A model generated the notes under the pieces. It ran no database searches. It worked only from the letters and a program-made list of their open reading frames with translations, and had not been told where the DNA came from. A stretch of 63,752 nt of DNA, counting the filler, from an uncultured Methanosarcinales archaeon (GTDB lineage: Archaea; Nanobdellota; Nanobdellia; Woesearchaeales; CAYMBN01), in assembly GCA_964388715.1 (NCBI GenBank). It is 6 parts of 4 records of this genome, joined end to end, with 100 filler letters (N's around TTAATTAATTAA, not from the genome) between each part and the next. Parts side by side here need not be neighbours in the genome. Positions count along the whole stretch, not along the records: positions 7,869 to 39,258 come from CAYMBN010000004.1; positions 39,359 to 47,741 come from CAYMBN010000004.1; 4 more parts are not named here. One strand, written 5' to 3'. Both the position numbers and the translations under genes were made by a program. Below, piece after piece: positions 30,714 through 41,374 of this stretch (positions are counted from its first letter, which is position 1; each line of letters begins with the position of its first letter).

Positions 30714-31226
30714 ATGAGATTATTTATAGCAATTGACATCCCAGAATACTTAACAACACCATTAAAAGAATCAATAAAAACAAAAGGACTTAATCTTACC
30801 AAAGATTCTCATTTAACACTAAAATTCTTAGGAGATGTTGAAGATCCCAACCCCATAATAGAAAAACTAAAGACAATTTCTTTCAAACCTTTCAAAATCT
30901 CATTAAACAAAACAGGAGTTTTTCCTAACAACAATTACATACGTGTTGTTTGGGTAGACATTCAACCAAAAGAACAAACAATAACCTTACAAAAACAGAT
31001 AACAGAACAATTAAGTGAATTCAAAGAACAATATGAATTCTCTCCACACATTACATTAGCAAGAGTCAAATTCCTAGAAGATAAAGAATCTTTCCTAAAC
31101 AAACTTAACTTATTAAAACTCAACAAAGAAACCTTTGAAGTAACCCATTTCAAACTAATAAAAAGCACTCTTACTTCAGAAGGACCTGTTTATGAAGATA
31201 TAGCTACTTATCCACAACCTTTATAA
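30714..31226 (+). CDS. thpR: RNA 2',3'-cyclic phosphodiesterase (2H family)
   Basis: MRLFIAI, HLTLKFLG and PHITLAR motifs. Confidence 0.92.
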   Translation: MRLFIAIDIPEYLTTPLKESIKTKGLNLTKDSHLTLKFLGDVEDPNPIIEKLKTISFKPFKISLNKTGVFPNNNYIRVVWVDIQPKEQTITLQKQITEQLSEFKEQYEFSPHITLARVKFLEDKESFLNKLNLLKLNKETFEVTHFKLIKSTLTSEGPVYEDIATYPQPL

Positions 31227-31249
31227 ATCCCACCTCAATTTCAGTAACT

Positions 31250-31349
31250 ATTGCCTAACTTATACAACAAGAGTTTGTGTAAGGCACTGTAAAGGGCTAT
31301 AAAAATTGCAGTATTAGAATAATTCTAATAACTGTTGGAGGAAATTAAA
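31250..31349 (+). promoter_or_regulatory. Structured 5' leader of rps2
   Basis: TATA TTTATAAA at 31220-31227, then three hairpins (31252-31286, 31287-31311, 31312-31330) before SD GGAGG. Confidence 0.5.
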
Positions 31350-31946
31350 ATGGCAGATCAATTTTTAGTACCACAAGATGTTTATCTTAAAGCAGGTATT
31401 CACATAGGTACAAAATTCAAAACAAAATACATGGAACAATTTATTTACAAAACAAGACCAGATGGTTTATCAGTACTAAACCTACAAAAAATAGATGAAA
31501 GAATAAGAGTAGCTTCTAACTTTTTATCACAATACGCACCAGAAGATATCTTAATTGTTAGCAGAAGAGAAAACAGTTGGGATGCTGTAAAACTTTTTGG
31601 TGAAGCAACAGGAATAAAAGTATTTCCAGGAAGATATGCTCCAGGAATACTCACAAACTCAAAACTAAGAAATTACATAGAAACAAAAATTATTCTTATA
31701 ACAGACTCATGGCCAGACAGAAACGCTGTCCAGGACGCAATGATATTAGGTATTCCAGTAATGGCACTATGTGACACAAACAACCAATCAAACAACATAG
31801 ATTTTGTCATACCTTGCAATAATAAAGGAAAAAAGAGTCTTGGATTATTTTTCTATATATTAGCAAGAGAATACTTAAGAAATCGTGGATCCCTTGAAAA
31901 AGACAAAGACTTAAGTATTCCAATGGAAGAATTTATGAAGGAATAA
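31350..31946 (+). CDS. rps2: 30S ribosomal protein S2 (archaeal type)
   Basis: YLKAGIHIGT, PGILTN, ALCDTNN and PCNNKG motifs. Confidence 0.95.
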   Translation: MADQFLVPQDVYLKAGIHIGTKFKTKYMEQFIYKTRPDGLSVLNLQKIDERIRVASNFLSQYAPEDILIVSRRENSWDAVKLFGEATGIKVFPGRYAPGILTNSKLRNYIETKIILITDSWPDRNAVQDAMILGIPVMALCDTNNQSNNIDFVIPCNNKGKKSLGLFFYILAREYLRNRGSLEKDKDLSIPMEEFMKE

Positions 31947-31961
31947 TTTTTATTTTATTTT

Positions 31962-32633
31962 TTATTCAACTCCTTCAATACCTTTCTCAACAATATTAAA
32001 ATCAACTAACTTACCTTCTTCAATACTCCTATGCTTACGCAGTATTGCTCTTCTACAATTCTTATAACATTGTAACTCAATCAAACACTTACTTCCATAC
32101 TTAAGGATATCTCCACCAACCATATTTACCCTTTCTCTATTATCAAAATCAGCATACACTTGATTAGTTAACAAAACAGGAATCTCTTTATTCCGTGCAA
32201 TTTCTGTTAAAAAAGAAATCTGTTGCCCTAATTCTTTATTTACACCATAAACATCATCACTCTTACCCATCTCCAATCTATAAAGCATAGCAACAGTATC
32301 AACAACAATCAATCCAATCTTTTCATTAACCAAATTTCTTAACTTTTCAAAACAATTTTTTTGTTCTTCAAATGAAACAGGTTTTAAAAAAAGTATATTT
32401 TCAAGTATTTTTTCATAATCCTCACAAAGCTGTTTTACCCTTTCTACAGAAAAACCACCTTCTGTATCAATAAATATAACTTTTTTACCACTTCTAGCAA
32501 CATCAATAACAGCCAATAAACACAATAATGTTTTACCAGACCCAGCAGGTCCATAAATAGTACTAACTACATCTTTTTCATACCCTTTAAATACTTCATC
32601 CAACACCTCAGAGCCTGTATGTATTGTTTTCAT
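31962..32633 (-). CDS. radB: DNA repair protein RadB
   Basis: YGPAGSGKT, IDTEGGFSVER, TNQVY and LRKHRS basic patch. Confidence 0.93.
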   Translation of the reverse strand: MKTIHTGSEVLDEVFKGYEKDVVSTIYGPAGSGKTLLCLLAVIDVARSGKKVIFIDTEGGFSVERVKQLCEDYEKILENILFLKPVSFEEQKNCFEKLRNLVNEKIGLIVVDTVAMLYRLEMGKSDDVYGVNKELGQQISFLTEIARNKEIPVLLTNQVYADFDNRERVNMVGGDILKYGSKCLIELQCYKNCRRAILRKHRSIEEGKLVDFNIVEKGIEGVE

Positions 32634-32706
32634 AGGCCATAGCAATTATTGTGTGTTTATAAATATATCTAAAAATTTTTAAATACATGCGCTATAAACA
32701 AGAATT

Positions 32707-34221
32707 ATGAAGGTAAAGAGGGAGTATTGGATACTAGCTATTATATTTTTATTTGCATTAGTCTTAAGACTTTTTTTAACCATGCAAACACCTTTCTTTA
32801 GCTCAGATTATGCTTATTATGTATTCAGACAAGTTGATAATATCAAAAATACAGGTTTACCAATTATTTATGATGAATTAAGCTATGGGGGAAGGATAGT
32901 CATAGACCCCCCACTTTATTATTATACTTTAGCTGTATTCAGTTTTATCATGCCAGTTGAACTAGCTGCCAAGATAATTCCAAACATATTTGCGTCGTTA
33001 CTTGTTGTTGTTGTTTATCTCCTTTGTTATCAAATCACAAAAAACAAACAAGCATCATTATTTTCATCGTTTATTTCAGCATTTCTTCCTATTTATGTGA
33101 TAAAAACAATTAATTCTGCTTCAGACTATTCCATTATGGTCCCGCTTATGATCACTTTGCTTTACTTTTTCATTAAATCAATTGAAAACAAAAAATATGC
33201 TAATTATTACATTTTCTTTATGTTTGTATTAGCATTAATTAACATGTCAATTATAACATTAATTATTGGTTTTCTCATTTACCTTCTTTTAATTAAACTT
33301 GAAAAATTCAAATATAAAAGAGTTGAAATAGAATTAATCCTTTTCTCATGCTTCCTCATAATTTGGCTCCTTCTCCTATTATTTAAGAAAGCATTCCTTA
33401 TGCATGGTTATAATGTAATTTGGAAAAATATTCCTAAACAAATCCTTGCAAGTTACTTTACTCCTGCAACAATACTCCAAGGAATTTACCTTATAGGTCT
33501 TATACCTTTTATTTTTGGGATATACATTTTATACAAATACACATTTAAAGAAAAAAATCGTAACATATCATTATTAATTGGATTTGCTCTTTCTATAATG
33601 TTATTGCTCTGGTTTAAATTAATTGAACCTTCTATGGGCTTAATCTTTTTAAGCATTATCCTCACAGTTGCATTATCACAATTTTACAAAACGTTCACTA
33701 AATTTATAGATAAAACTAAATTATTCCCTTACAAAAAAATAATCATTTCATTATTTTTGTTAATTGTAATTATTTCGTCTGGATATCCTACTTATACTTA
33801 TGCATTATCAGAAATAAATAACGCAGTTGCTAGAGAAGAAATAGATGCACTTGAATGGATAAGAACAAATACACCTAAAAATTCAATTATTTTAGGAACA
33901 CTCAATGAAGGACATTTTATTGCACACATAGCTAAAAGAAAAAATGTACTTGATTTTAAATTTTTGTTAGTTCAAAATGCTGATCAACGTTTAACAGATA
34001 TAAAAACGATTTACACAACCTGGTCAATCACAGATGCTTTAACTTTACTTAATAAATATAATGTGAATTATATCTTATTTTCAAACCGAGCAAAAAAATT
34101 ATCTAATAAAGATTCACTTCAATATATCAATGAAGAATGTTTCGAACTAGTTTATGATTACAATATTAAAATTTACAAGGTATTATGTATAATGGAAGAA
34201 AATGAAATTAAAACTAACTGA
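32707..34221 (+). CDS. GT-C fold polytopic glycosyltransferase-like protein
   Basis: N-terminal loop (YDELSYGGR..DPPLYY), many TMs, C-terminal ALEWIRTNTP..YNVNYI domain. Confidence 0.7.
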   Translation: MKVKREYWILAIIFLFALVLRLFLTMQTPFFSSDYAYYVFRQVDNIKNTGLPIIYDELSYGGRIVIDPPLYYYTLAVFSFIMPVELAAKIIPNIFASLLVVVVYLLCYQITKNKQASLFSSFISAFLPIYVIKTINSASDYSIMVPLMITLLYFFIKSIENKKYANYYIFFMFVLALINMSIITLIIGFLIYLLLIKLEKFKYKRVEIELILFSCFLIIWLLLLLFKKAFLMHGYNVIWKNIPKQILASYFTPATILQGIYLIGLIPFIFGIYILYKYTFKEKNRNISLLIGFALSIMLLLWFKLIEPSMGLIFLSIILTVALSQFYKTFTKFIDKTKLFPYKKIIISLFLLIVIISSGYPTYTYALSEINNAVAREEIDALEWIRTNTPKNSIILGTLNEGHFIAHIAKRKNVLDFKFLLVQNADQRLTDIKTIYTTWSITDALTLLNKYNVNYILFSNRAKKLSNKDSLQYINEECFELVYDYNIKIYKVLCIMEENEIKTN

Positions 34222-35623
34222 AAAAAATAGTATAATTTTTATTTTAATACTGGCAATTTTAATATTCTTATTACCACACTTTTTTTCATATTTCAACAAT
34301 AATTTTATAATAAATGGTTCTGAACCATATTATCACGCAAGAATCACTTCTTTAATAAAAAACAATCCTTCACTTACTAAGGATCCATTTACAAATATTC
34401 CTATTGTCTTCAACGGATATTATTATTTATTAGCAGCTCTTTCCAATATAATAAACATAGGAATATTATTAAGACTTATTCCTTATATTTTTGGTATTTT
34501 AACAGTTTTACTTTTCTTTTTGATCCTTAAAAAACTTAAAATTAAAAGAAATATAAGATTTATCACTTTAATTTTATTAATCTTTTCACCTACTTTTATT
34601 TATTTATCCACACAATCAAATGTATATATTATTGGTATTTTTATAATGTTTTTAGCCTTATGGACATACCTCAACAATAAAAAATGGATTTCATACTTTT
34701 TATTCCTAATAACACCTCTGTTTGGTTTATTTAATTCAATAATTCTTATCTTACTTTTATTGATATATCTCTTTGTTAAAAGAAAAACAGAAATTTACAT
34801 GCTTTTTTTCACAGTACTTCTAATAACTATATTATTATTTTCTCACCTTTTTAATCAATTATATCTCACAAATTTATATTTAAACAGGAATATAATTATA
34901 CAATTTTTCACAGAACTAGGAGCAAAATTTGGATTTCCTTTGTTTTACCTCATATTAGCATTGTTTGGTTTCACAATAACTTGGAACAAAAAAAAGGAAT
35001 TTTTACCGGTTTATTTATTTAGCCTAACTTTGATTTTAATCTTTACTTTCTTAGCAAATTTTACAAATATTTATCTCAACTTTGTATTTGTATTTTTTAG
35101 TGCATTTACTATTGATTATTTTTTAAAAGTAAAATGGGATATCAATTTAATAAAAAACTTAACATTTTTATTGCTTATTTGTGGAATAATTTTCTCAACA
35201 TTATCCTATTCAAATGAAATCACAAAACAAATACCTAATCAAGAAACAGTAAAAGGTTTACAATGGTTAAACCAAAACTCACCTTCAGACGCAATAATTT
35301 TTTCACACCATTCAAAAGGTTTTTTCATAGAATATTTAAGCAATAGAAGGGTATTTATGAATGAAAATTATATTTATTTAAACAATTTTGAAGAATACCA
35401 TAATACTTCAAACATTTTATTTTATTCACGTGATTTAGACATCACAAGCTCATTACTTGATAAACATAATATCTCTTACATTTGGATAGATTCTCAAATG
35501 TTAAATAATCAAGTATGGACCAAAGAAAAACAAGGACTTTTATTTTTATTCAGAAATCAAGAATATTTTGAAGAAATTTACAAAAATAAAGATATCCAAA
35601 TTTGGAGGTATCTCAGAAAATGA
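34202..35623 (+). CDS. GT-C fold polytopic glycosyltransferase-like protein (paralogue)
   Basis: EPYYHAR, many TMs, LQWLNQNSP..HNISYIW. Confidence 0.7.
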   Translation: MKLKLTEKNSIIFILILAILIFLLPHFFSYFNNNFIINGSEPYYHARITSLIKNNPSLTKDPFTNIPIVFNGYYYLLAALSNIINIGILLRLIPYIFGILTVLLFFLILKKLKIKRNIRFITLILLIFSPTFIYLSTQSNVYIIGIFIMFLALWTYLNNKKWISYFLFLITPLFGLFNSIILILLLLIYLFVKRKTEIYMLFFTVLLITILLFSHLFNQLYLTNLYLNRNIIIQFFTELGAKFGFPLFYLILALFGFTITWNKKKEFLPVYLFSLTLILIFTFLANFTNIYLNFVFVFFSAFTIDYFLKVKWDINLIKNLTFLLLICGIIFSTLSYSNEITKQIPNQETVKGLQWLNQNSPSDAIIFSHHSKGFFIEYLSNRRVFMNENYIYLNNFEEYHNTSNILFYSRDLDITSSLLDKHNISYIWIDSQMLNNQVWTKEKQGLLFLFRNQEYFEEIYKNKDIQIWRYLRK

Positions 35624-36867
35624 ATATTCTTGTAAGTATCCTTCTTTGGATAACTTATATTGTTTCTTTGTATTTTGCAATATTTTGGTTAATGGTTTTA
35701 ATGAATACCAAACCAGGTTATCAAAAAAAGAAAGTACTCAAACAAGTTTTTGTAACTATTGCAGTTCCTGCTTATAATGAAGAAAAAACAATTAAACAAA
35801 CCATTAAAAACATTTTAAGATTAGATTATCCTAAAAATAAGTATGAAATTATTGTAATAAATGATGGATCAAAAGATAAAACCAAAAAAATTGTAAAAAA
35901 ATTACAAAAAAAATATCCCACTATAAAATTAATTAATCAAGTAAATAAAGGTAAAGGAGCTGCTCTTAATACCGCACTAAAAATAACCAAAGGGAAATAT
36001 TTTATTTGTCTCGATGCTGATTCATTTGTAAATAAAAATGCCTTAAACAGAATTCTTCCTTATTTTACAGATAAAAATATTGCAGCTATATTGCCTGTTT
36101 TAAAAGTAAAATCACCTAAAAATATATTACAAAGAATGCAATGGTATGAATATCTTGTTAATATGTTTTATAAGGAATTAATGAGCCGACTTAATTGTGT
36201 TCATGTTACACCTGGCCCATTTAGTGTATATAAAACAAGTATTTTAAAAAAATTAAAAGGTTTTGATCCAAAAAGAAATCTTACAGAAGACTTAGAAATG
36301 GCACTAAGACTCCAAAAAAATAATTATAAAATAATACAATTACTTAACACAGAAGTTAAAACCATTGCACCTTCAACAGTTAAAGAATTGTACAAACAAA
36401 GAAACCGTTGGTATAAAGGTTCTATTATAAATGCAATTAAGTACAAAAAAATGATGTTTAACAGAAAATATGGTGATTTTGGAATAATTCAAATGCCAAC
36501 AATAATATTGTATGGCTTAATAGCAATAATTGCTATTTCAGCTTTATTATATTATTCACTTAAACCTTATGTGACATATTTTTATCATATGAGTTTTGTT
36601 AACTTTGATTTTTGGACTTTTATTAAAAATATCACATTCAACTTTAATTATCTTGATTTAAACTATTCTCTTTTGTTAGTATTTGTTGTAATGATCTTAG
36701 TAACATTATACATAATAAAAAAGTCACATATTCACACTCAAGAAAAAGTAGCCAAATTTGGTATTTTTAGTTTACTTATCTACTTGTTTTTTTATTTTAT
36801 TATATTAGGCTTAATGTGGATAGGAATATTATTTGATATGATACTTGGCAGAACACAAAAATGGTGA
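35620..36867 (+). CDS. GT2 processive glycosyltransferase (cellulose synthase/PgaC-like)
   Basis: PAYNEE, NDGSKD, GKGAALN, DADS, TED and QRNRW motifs. Confidence 0.9.
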   Translation: MNILVSILLWITYIVSLYFAIFWLMVLMNTKPGYQKKKVLKQVFVTIAVPAYNEEKTIKQTIKNILRLDYPKNKYEIIVINDGSKDKTKKIVKKLQKKYPTIKLINQVNKGKGAALNTALKITKGKYFICLDADSFVNKNALNRILPYFTDKNIAAILPVLKVKSPKNILQRMQWYEYLVNMFYKELMSRLNCVHVTPGPFSVYKTSILKKLKGFDPKRNLTEDLEMALRLQKNNYKIIQLLNTEVKTIAPSTVKELYKQRNRWYKGSIINAIKYKKMMFNRKYGDFGIIQMPTIILYGLIAIIAISALLYYSLKPYVTYFYHMSFVNFDFWTFIKNITFNFNYLDLNYSLLLVFVVMILVTLYIIKKSHIHTQEKVAKFGIFSLLIYLFFYFIILGLMWIGILFDMILGRTQKW

Positions 36868-36871
36868 TCAA

Positions 36872-37522
36872 ATGAGAAAAATGGATACAGAAAGATACTT
36901 GATAGCAGCATTAATTACTTTAGGTATATTTTTATTAGGCTTAATGTTGGGTTTTTTAGTAGAAAGTAAAAGAGTTGAATATATTCAATATCAAACTAAA
37001 ATAAAAAGTCTTGATTTTTCTTCATTACAACTTCAATATACTTATATTGACCAAATGAGTCAAGAACAAAATTGTCCTGCTGTACTTGAAGCATTTGACC
37101 AAAGCATGCAAAGTTTAGAAAAAACTAGATTAGAATTAGAAAATTATAATGAAAATGCACAATTAAATAAGAATAATTTTGATTTGTTATTAAGAGAATA
37201 TACTTTAGCACAACTCAGATTTTGGCTTTTTGCAAAACAAGCAAAAAATGTTTGTGATTCTGAAACAACATCCATTCTTTACTTCTTTTCCTCTCAAGAA
37301 GAATGTAGCCAATGTGATGCACAGGCATTTATATTGACATACTTAAAAAAGAAATTTGGAGAAGAATTATTAATATTTTCATTAGATGCTAGAAAAGAAG
37401 AAGAACCATTAGTAAGAATCTTAAAAAAGTCTTACAATATCACAACTTACCCAACATTAATAATTGGCAACAAAAAATTTGAAGGATTAATATCAAAAGC
37501 AGAAATACTTAATGAAATATAA
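36872..37522 (+). CDS. Membrane-anchored thioredoxin-fold protein
   Basis: N-terminal TM, coiled region, CSQC, YNITTYPTLII. Confidence 0.75.
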   Translation: MRKMDTERYLIAALITLGIFLLGLMLGFLVESKRVEYIQYQTKIKSLDFSSLQLQYTYIDQMSQEQNCPAVLEAFDQSMQSLEKTRLELENYNENAQLNKNNFDLLLREYTLAQLRFWLFAKQAKNVCDSETTSILYFFSSQEECSQCDAQAFILTYLKKKFGEELLIFSLDARKEEEPLVRILKKSYNITTYPTLIIGNKKFEGLISKAEILNEI

Positions 37523-37524
37523 AA

Positions 37525-39030
37525 ATGTTAAAAAAAGTAAAAAAAAAATTTAAAGAACACAAATTTCTTTTTATTATAATTCTACTATTTTTAATTTTTA
37601 GATCAATTCAACTTTTTAAATTTCACCATATGATCTGGGATGAAGCTGTTTATATTGGGATAGGTAAATATATTTGGTCCTTTGGTAAAATTGGTTTATG
37701 GGAAAACATAAGACCAATAGGTTTATCACTCTTTTTAGGATTTTTATGGAAACTAGGCTTAAATAGTATCTTTTTTTCAGAATTATTAATCCTATTTTTT
37801 GCAATAGGTAATATTTTATTAATTTATTTCATAGCAGAAAAACTATTCAATAAAAATATAGCAATCATGTCTTCTTTATTATTAGCAGTAACACCTATCT
37901 TTTTTTATTATTCTTCATTCATATTTACTGGTATTTCTTCCACTTTCTTTGCACTTTTAGCTTTTTACTTTTTTATTAACAAAAAGCTAATTCTTGCTGG
38001 AGTCTTTAGTGCAATTACTTTTTTATTTAGATTTCCTCAAGGCATTCTATTAGCATCACTTTGTATTATTTTATTATTTAATAAAAACAATTTTAAAACA
38101 AAGATCAAGAATTTATTCTTATTATGCTCAACATTCTTTATAATAATCCTCCCTTTCCTTATTTCAAATTTTTTAATGTACAAATCATATACTTCTAAAT
38201 TTTATCATGCAATATTAAGGCCTTTTATATTAGGTTCACTTCATCAAAATAATCCAGCACATAGTGTTTTAGCACACGGTTTTTGGTATAATTATTTTTA
38301 TTATTTTATTGAACTTTTCAAAAACAATTACTTATTAGTGTTTCTCATATTAGGAATCATTTTTTATCTTAAACAACCTCAAAAAGAATTAAACTTACTA
38401 TTCACAACATTATTATTATACTTAATTTATTTTTCTTATATAGGCAATAAACAACTCAGATTTGCTTTAGTTTTCCTACCTTATTTTTGTATTATTTCTG
38501 CTTATGGATTATATAATCTGCTATCACTTTCAAAAAAACAAAAACATAAAATATACATCATATTAGCATTACTTATAATTTTATTTTTATTCACTTTTCC
38601 TATTAAAACCAATTTTAAACAATTCAAGTGGAGAATTGATAAAGAACCGCTTATAGTTAAGGAGTTCTACAAATTTTTTTCTAGCAAGAATATTCAAGCT
38701 CCCATACTTAGTACAGATCCCGTTTTTATAGCATATAATGATGTTAAACTAATGCCCTTTTACAATAATGTAGATGATGCTATTACCATTCTCCTAGATC
38801 AATCAGGAGTAAAATCTAATGATAATAATAAAATACTTTATGAACAACAACACAAAGATGTAAAATATATCACTTACACAGACAATTTTTTCCCTTGTCA
38901 AGGAAATTCTTCTTGTGAAAATAAAAAGAAAGTATTATTAAGTATGATTGAACTAAGAAACAATCTTATATTTTCTAGGACATATAATAACAATGGATAT
39001 TACATCTTTGAGAATCCTTCATTTAAATAA
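37525..39030 (+). CDS. GT-C (ArnT/PMT-like) glycosyltransferase
   Basis: WDEAVY, RPIG, KQLRF motifs; many TMs. Confidence 0.8.
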   Translation: MLKKVKKKFKEHKFLFIIILLFLIFRSIQLFKFHHMIWDEAVYIGIGKYIWSFGKIGLWENIRPIGLSLFLGFLWKLGLNSIFFSELLILFFAIGNILLIYFIAEKLFNKNIAIMSSLLLAVTPIFFYYSSFIFTGISSTFFALLAFYFFINKKLILAGVFSAITFLFRFPQGILLASLCIILLFNKNNFKTKIKNLFLLCSTFFIIILPFLISNFLMYKSYTSKFYHAILRPFILGSLHQNNPAHSVLAHGFWYNYFYYFIELFKNNYLLVFLILGIIFYLKQPQKELNLLFTTLLLYLIYFSYIGNKQLRFALVFLPYFCIISAYGLYNLLSLSKKQKHKIYIILALLIILFLFTFPIKTNFKQFKWRIDKEPLIVKEFYKFFSSKNIQAPILSTDPVFIAYNDVKLMPFYNNVDDAITILLDQSGVKSNDNNKILYEQQHKDVKYITYTDNFFPCQGNSSCENKKKVLLSMIELRNNLIFSRTYNNNGYYIFENPSFK

Positions 39031-39258
39031 TGAACGTACAAAAGTTAAATATTGTTTACTTCCTATCTTAGACTCTCCACCTCTTCTTAATCCAAAATTA
39101 TAATATATCTCACCAATACTTACTCCACTTTGACAATATTTAAGAATGTCAAATAAAACCTTAAATCCTGGTTTTTCAAATTTTTCTTCATAATTTTTTA
39201 ATATTTTCTTAAATAACCTTGTTTTTATCCCAAAAAAGCCAGATACAGGATCTTTACA
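39019..39258 (-). CDS. C-terminus of a DPM1-like GT2 glycosyltransferase, 5'-truncated (not in ORF track)
   Basis: Translates KDPVSGFFGIK..PGFKVLFDIL..FGLRRGGESKIG..LFK*. Confidence 0.8.
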   Translation of the reverse strand, partial: CKDPVSGFFGIKTRLFKKILKNYEEKFEKPGFKVLFDILKYCQSGVSIGEIYYNFGLRRGGESKIGSKQYLTFVRSLFK

Positions 39259-39358
39259 NNNNNNNNNNNNNNNNNNNNNNNNNNNNNNNNNNNNNNNNNN
39301 NNTTAATTAATTAANNNNNNNNNNNNNNNNNNNNNNNNNNNNNNNNNNNNNNNNNNNN
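39259..39358. other. Artificial contig spacer
   Basis: N-TTAATTAATTAA-N. Confidence 0.97.
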
Positions 39359-39710
39359 AATAATCAACATGAAACACAATTTCATTAGAAACATCATCTT
39401 TATCAATATTCATTTTAGGTGGGAATCCAATACATGTATGAATTAAACCCATTTTAATATTATCAACACAAGTTTTATTATTTGTAAATCTTTCAATGTT
39501 ATAATCAGTTGCAACTAATTCCTGTACAATTGACTCTGACAACTCAGAATATTCAGAAGAATACACTCCAATGTTAAGAGCATATGTGTTTGAATTATCA
39601 AAAGCAATACCAACAAGAAAAATTACCAAAAGAGGTGCCAGAATTACAATAAGAGCAGATCCTTTAGATCTTATCAACAATTTAAAATTTTTCTTGATTA
39701 TATTAATCAT
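39359..39710 (-). CDS. ABC-2 type transporter permease, 3'-truncated
   Basis: IIKKNFKLLIRSK..ILAPLLVIFLVGIAF; follows an ABC ATPase. Confidence 0.8.
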
Positions 39711-40663
39711 TTTTCACTTTTTGTTACAAATTCAAATACCTCGGCAAGTGATGGTTTATCCACATTCACATCAAGTAATGTTTCATTCATATCCTCAATA
39801 ATATGTAACAAATTATGTAAAACCGTTTCAGCTCTTTGAGTATAAATAATAACTTTATGTTCATGATTTACTACTTTCTCGATTGGTAATTTTTTATGTT
39901 TTAATTTCTTTATAATCTTGCTGTATTTACCAGGTGAGGTTTCTAGGTGAATCTCTTCATTCTTTGAATAAATATTCTTTAATTCATTAGGCGATCCAAC
40001 TTCAACAATTTTATTTTTGTGTAATACAGCAATTCTATTACAAAAATTTTGAATATCATTCAACAAGTGTGAAGCAATAATAATTGTTGTTCCTTGTTCA
40101 TTAATCTGTTTAATTAAATCTTTAATTTCTCTTCTTAATACAGGATCAAGATCAGAAATTGGTTCATCTAATATCAATATTTTAGGTTTATGTACTAGGG
40201 CACACGCTATTCCAAGACGTTTCTGCATACCTCCAGATAAAAATTGTCCAAGTGTTTTTCGTGCTTCATCTAATTCTGTTAGTTTTAAAAGATGATTTTT
40301 ATTATTTTTCTTAACTTTCTTTTTCAACTTATAAAGGGAAGCAAAATGTTCTAGATTTTCTTCTACAGTCAAATTAGGATAATATGAAGCATGCTGTGGT
40401 GAAAAACCAAAGTTGTTTTTAACATTCCTCATATTCTTAAATATTGACTTATACTTTTTATCAGATAAAAACAAGATATCTCCATCATCAGGCTGCAAAA
40501 AGCCAATCAAAGAATTTAATAAAGTGGTTTTACCAGAACCACTCATACCAACAATACCAAATATGTCTCCTTTGTATATTTTTAAATTAACATTATCAAG
40601 AACAATCTTTTTACCAAATTGTTTAATTAAATCTTTAACTTCAATAATCACTTCTTTTTCCAT
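39707..40663 (-). CDS. ABC transporter ATP-binding protein
   Basis: GMSGSGKT, LSGGMQKR, ILDEP and SH motifs. Confidence 0.93.
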   Translation of the reverse strand: MEKEVIIEVKDLIKQFGKKIVLDNVNLKIYKGDIFGIVGMSGSGKTTLLNSLIGFLQPDDGDILFLSDKKYKSIFKNMRNVKNNFGFSPQHASYYPNLTVEENLEHFASLYKLKKKVKKNNKNHLLKLTELDEARKTLGQFLSGGMQKRLGIACALVHKPKILILDEPISDLDPVLRREIKDLIKQINEQGTTIIIASHLLNDIQNFCNRIAVLHKNKIVEVGSPNELKNIYSKNEEIHLETSPGKYSKIIKKLKHKKLPIEKVVNHEHKVIIYTQRAETVLHNLLHIIEDMNETLLDVNVDKPSLAEVFEFVTKSEK

Positions 40664-40775
40664 TAACAAAATAAAACATATTTACTTTATAAATCTATTG
40701 GAAATTTCTTCATCTCTCAACTAAGTAACAAATCAACCACAATATTTATAAATTAAATACAATATTCCATGAATT

Positions 40776-41174
40776 ATGAGTACAAAACTAGTTTCAGTGG
40801 GCTCTTTACAAAGAGGAAATTATGTTGTAGTCGATGGAGTAGCTTGTAAAGTAGTTGACACACAAACAAGCAGACCAGGTAAACACGGTCACGCAAAAGT
40901 TCGTTTAACAGCAGTGGGCTTAATTGATGATAAAAAAAGAGTTATTGTAATGCCAGGACATGATAATATTGAAAGCCCTATTGTTGATAAGAGAACTGCA
41001 CAAGTGTTATCAATCAATGGAAAGATAGCTAATGTAATGGACACAGAAACATATGAAACTTTTGACATGAAAATTGCAGAAGAACTAAAAGAAGATTGTG
41101 TTGAAGGTTGTCAAATATTATACTGGGTTATACTTAGTGAAAAAGTTATGAAACAAGTTAAATCAAATGATTAA
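40776..41174 (+). CDS. eif5a: Translation factor aIF5A
   Basis: SRPGKHGHAK hypusine motif. Confidence 0.95.
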   Translation: MSTKLVSVGSLQRGNYVVVDGVACKVVDTQTSRPGKHGHAKVRLTAVGLIDDKKRVIVMPGHDNIESPIVDKRTAQVLSINGKIANVMDTETYETFDMKIAEELKEDCVEGCQILYWVILSEKVMKQVKSND

Positions 41175-41176
41175 AA

Positions 41177-41338
41177 ATGGTAAAATTTGAAGAAGCAAAT
41201 ATTCGTAGGTTTAAAGGAGTTTTCGTTTGTAAGCGTTGTAAATCAATAGTGCGCGGTCCTAATCTTAAAGTAATCCAAGGAAAAATTGCTTGCAGAAAAT
41301 GTGGAAGCAAAGCATTACGTCCAAAAAGGAAGAAATAA
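41177..41338 (+). CDS. rpl40e: 50S ribosomal protein L40e (not in ORF track)
   Basis: MVKFEEA..VCKRCKS..CRKCGSKALRPKRKK*. Confidence 0.88.
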   Translation: MVKFEEANIRRFKGVFVCKRCKSIVRGPNLKVIQGKIACRKCGSKALRPKRKK

Positions 41339-41374
41339 GTAACCAGTTGTTAAAAATTTTTAAAAGAGGCAATC

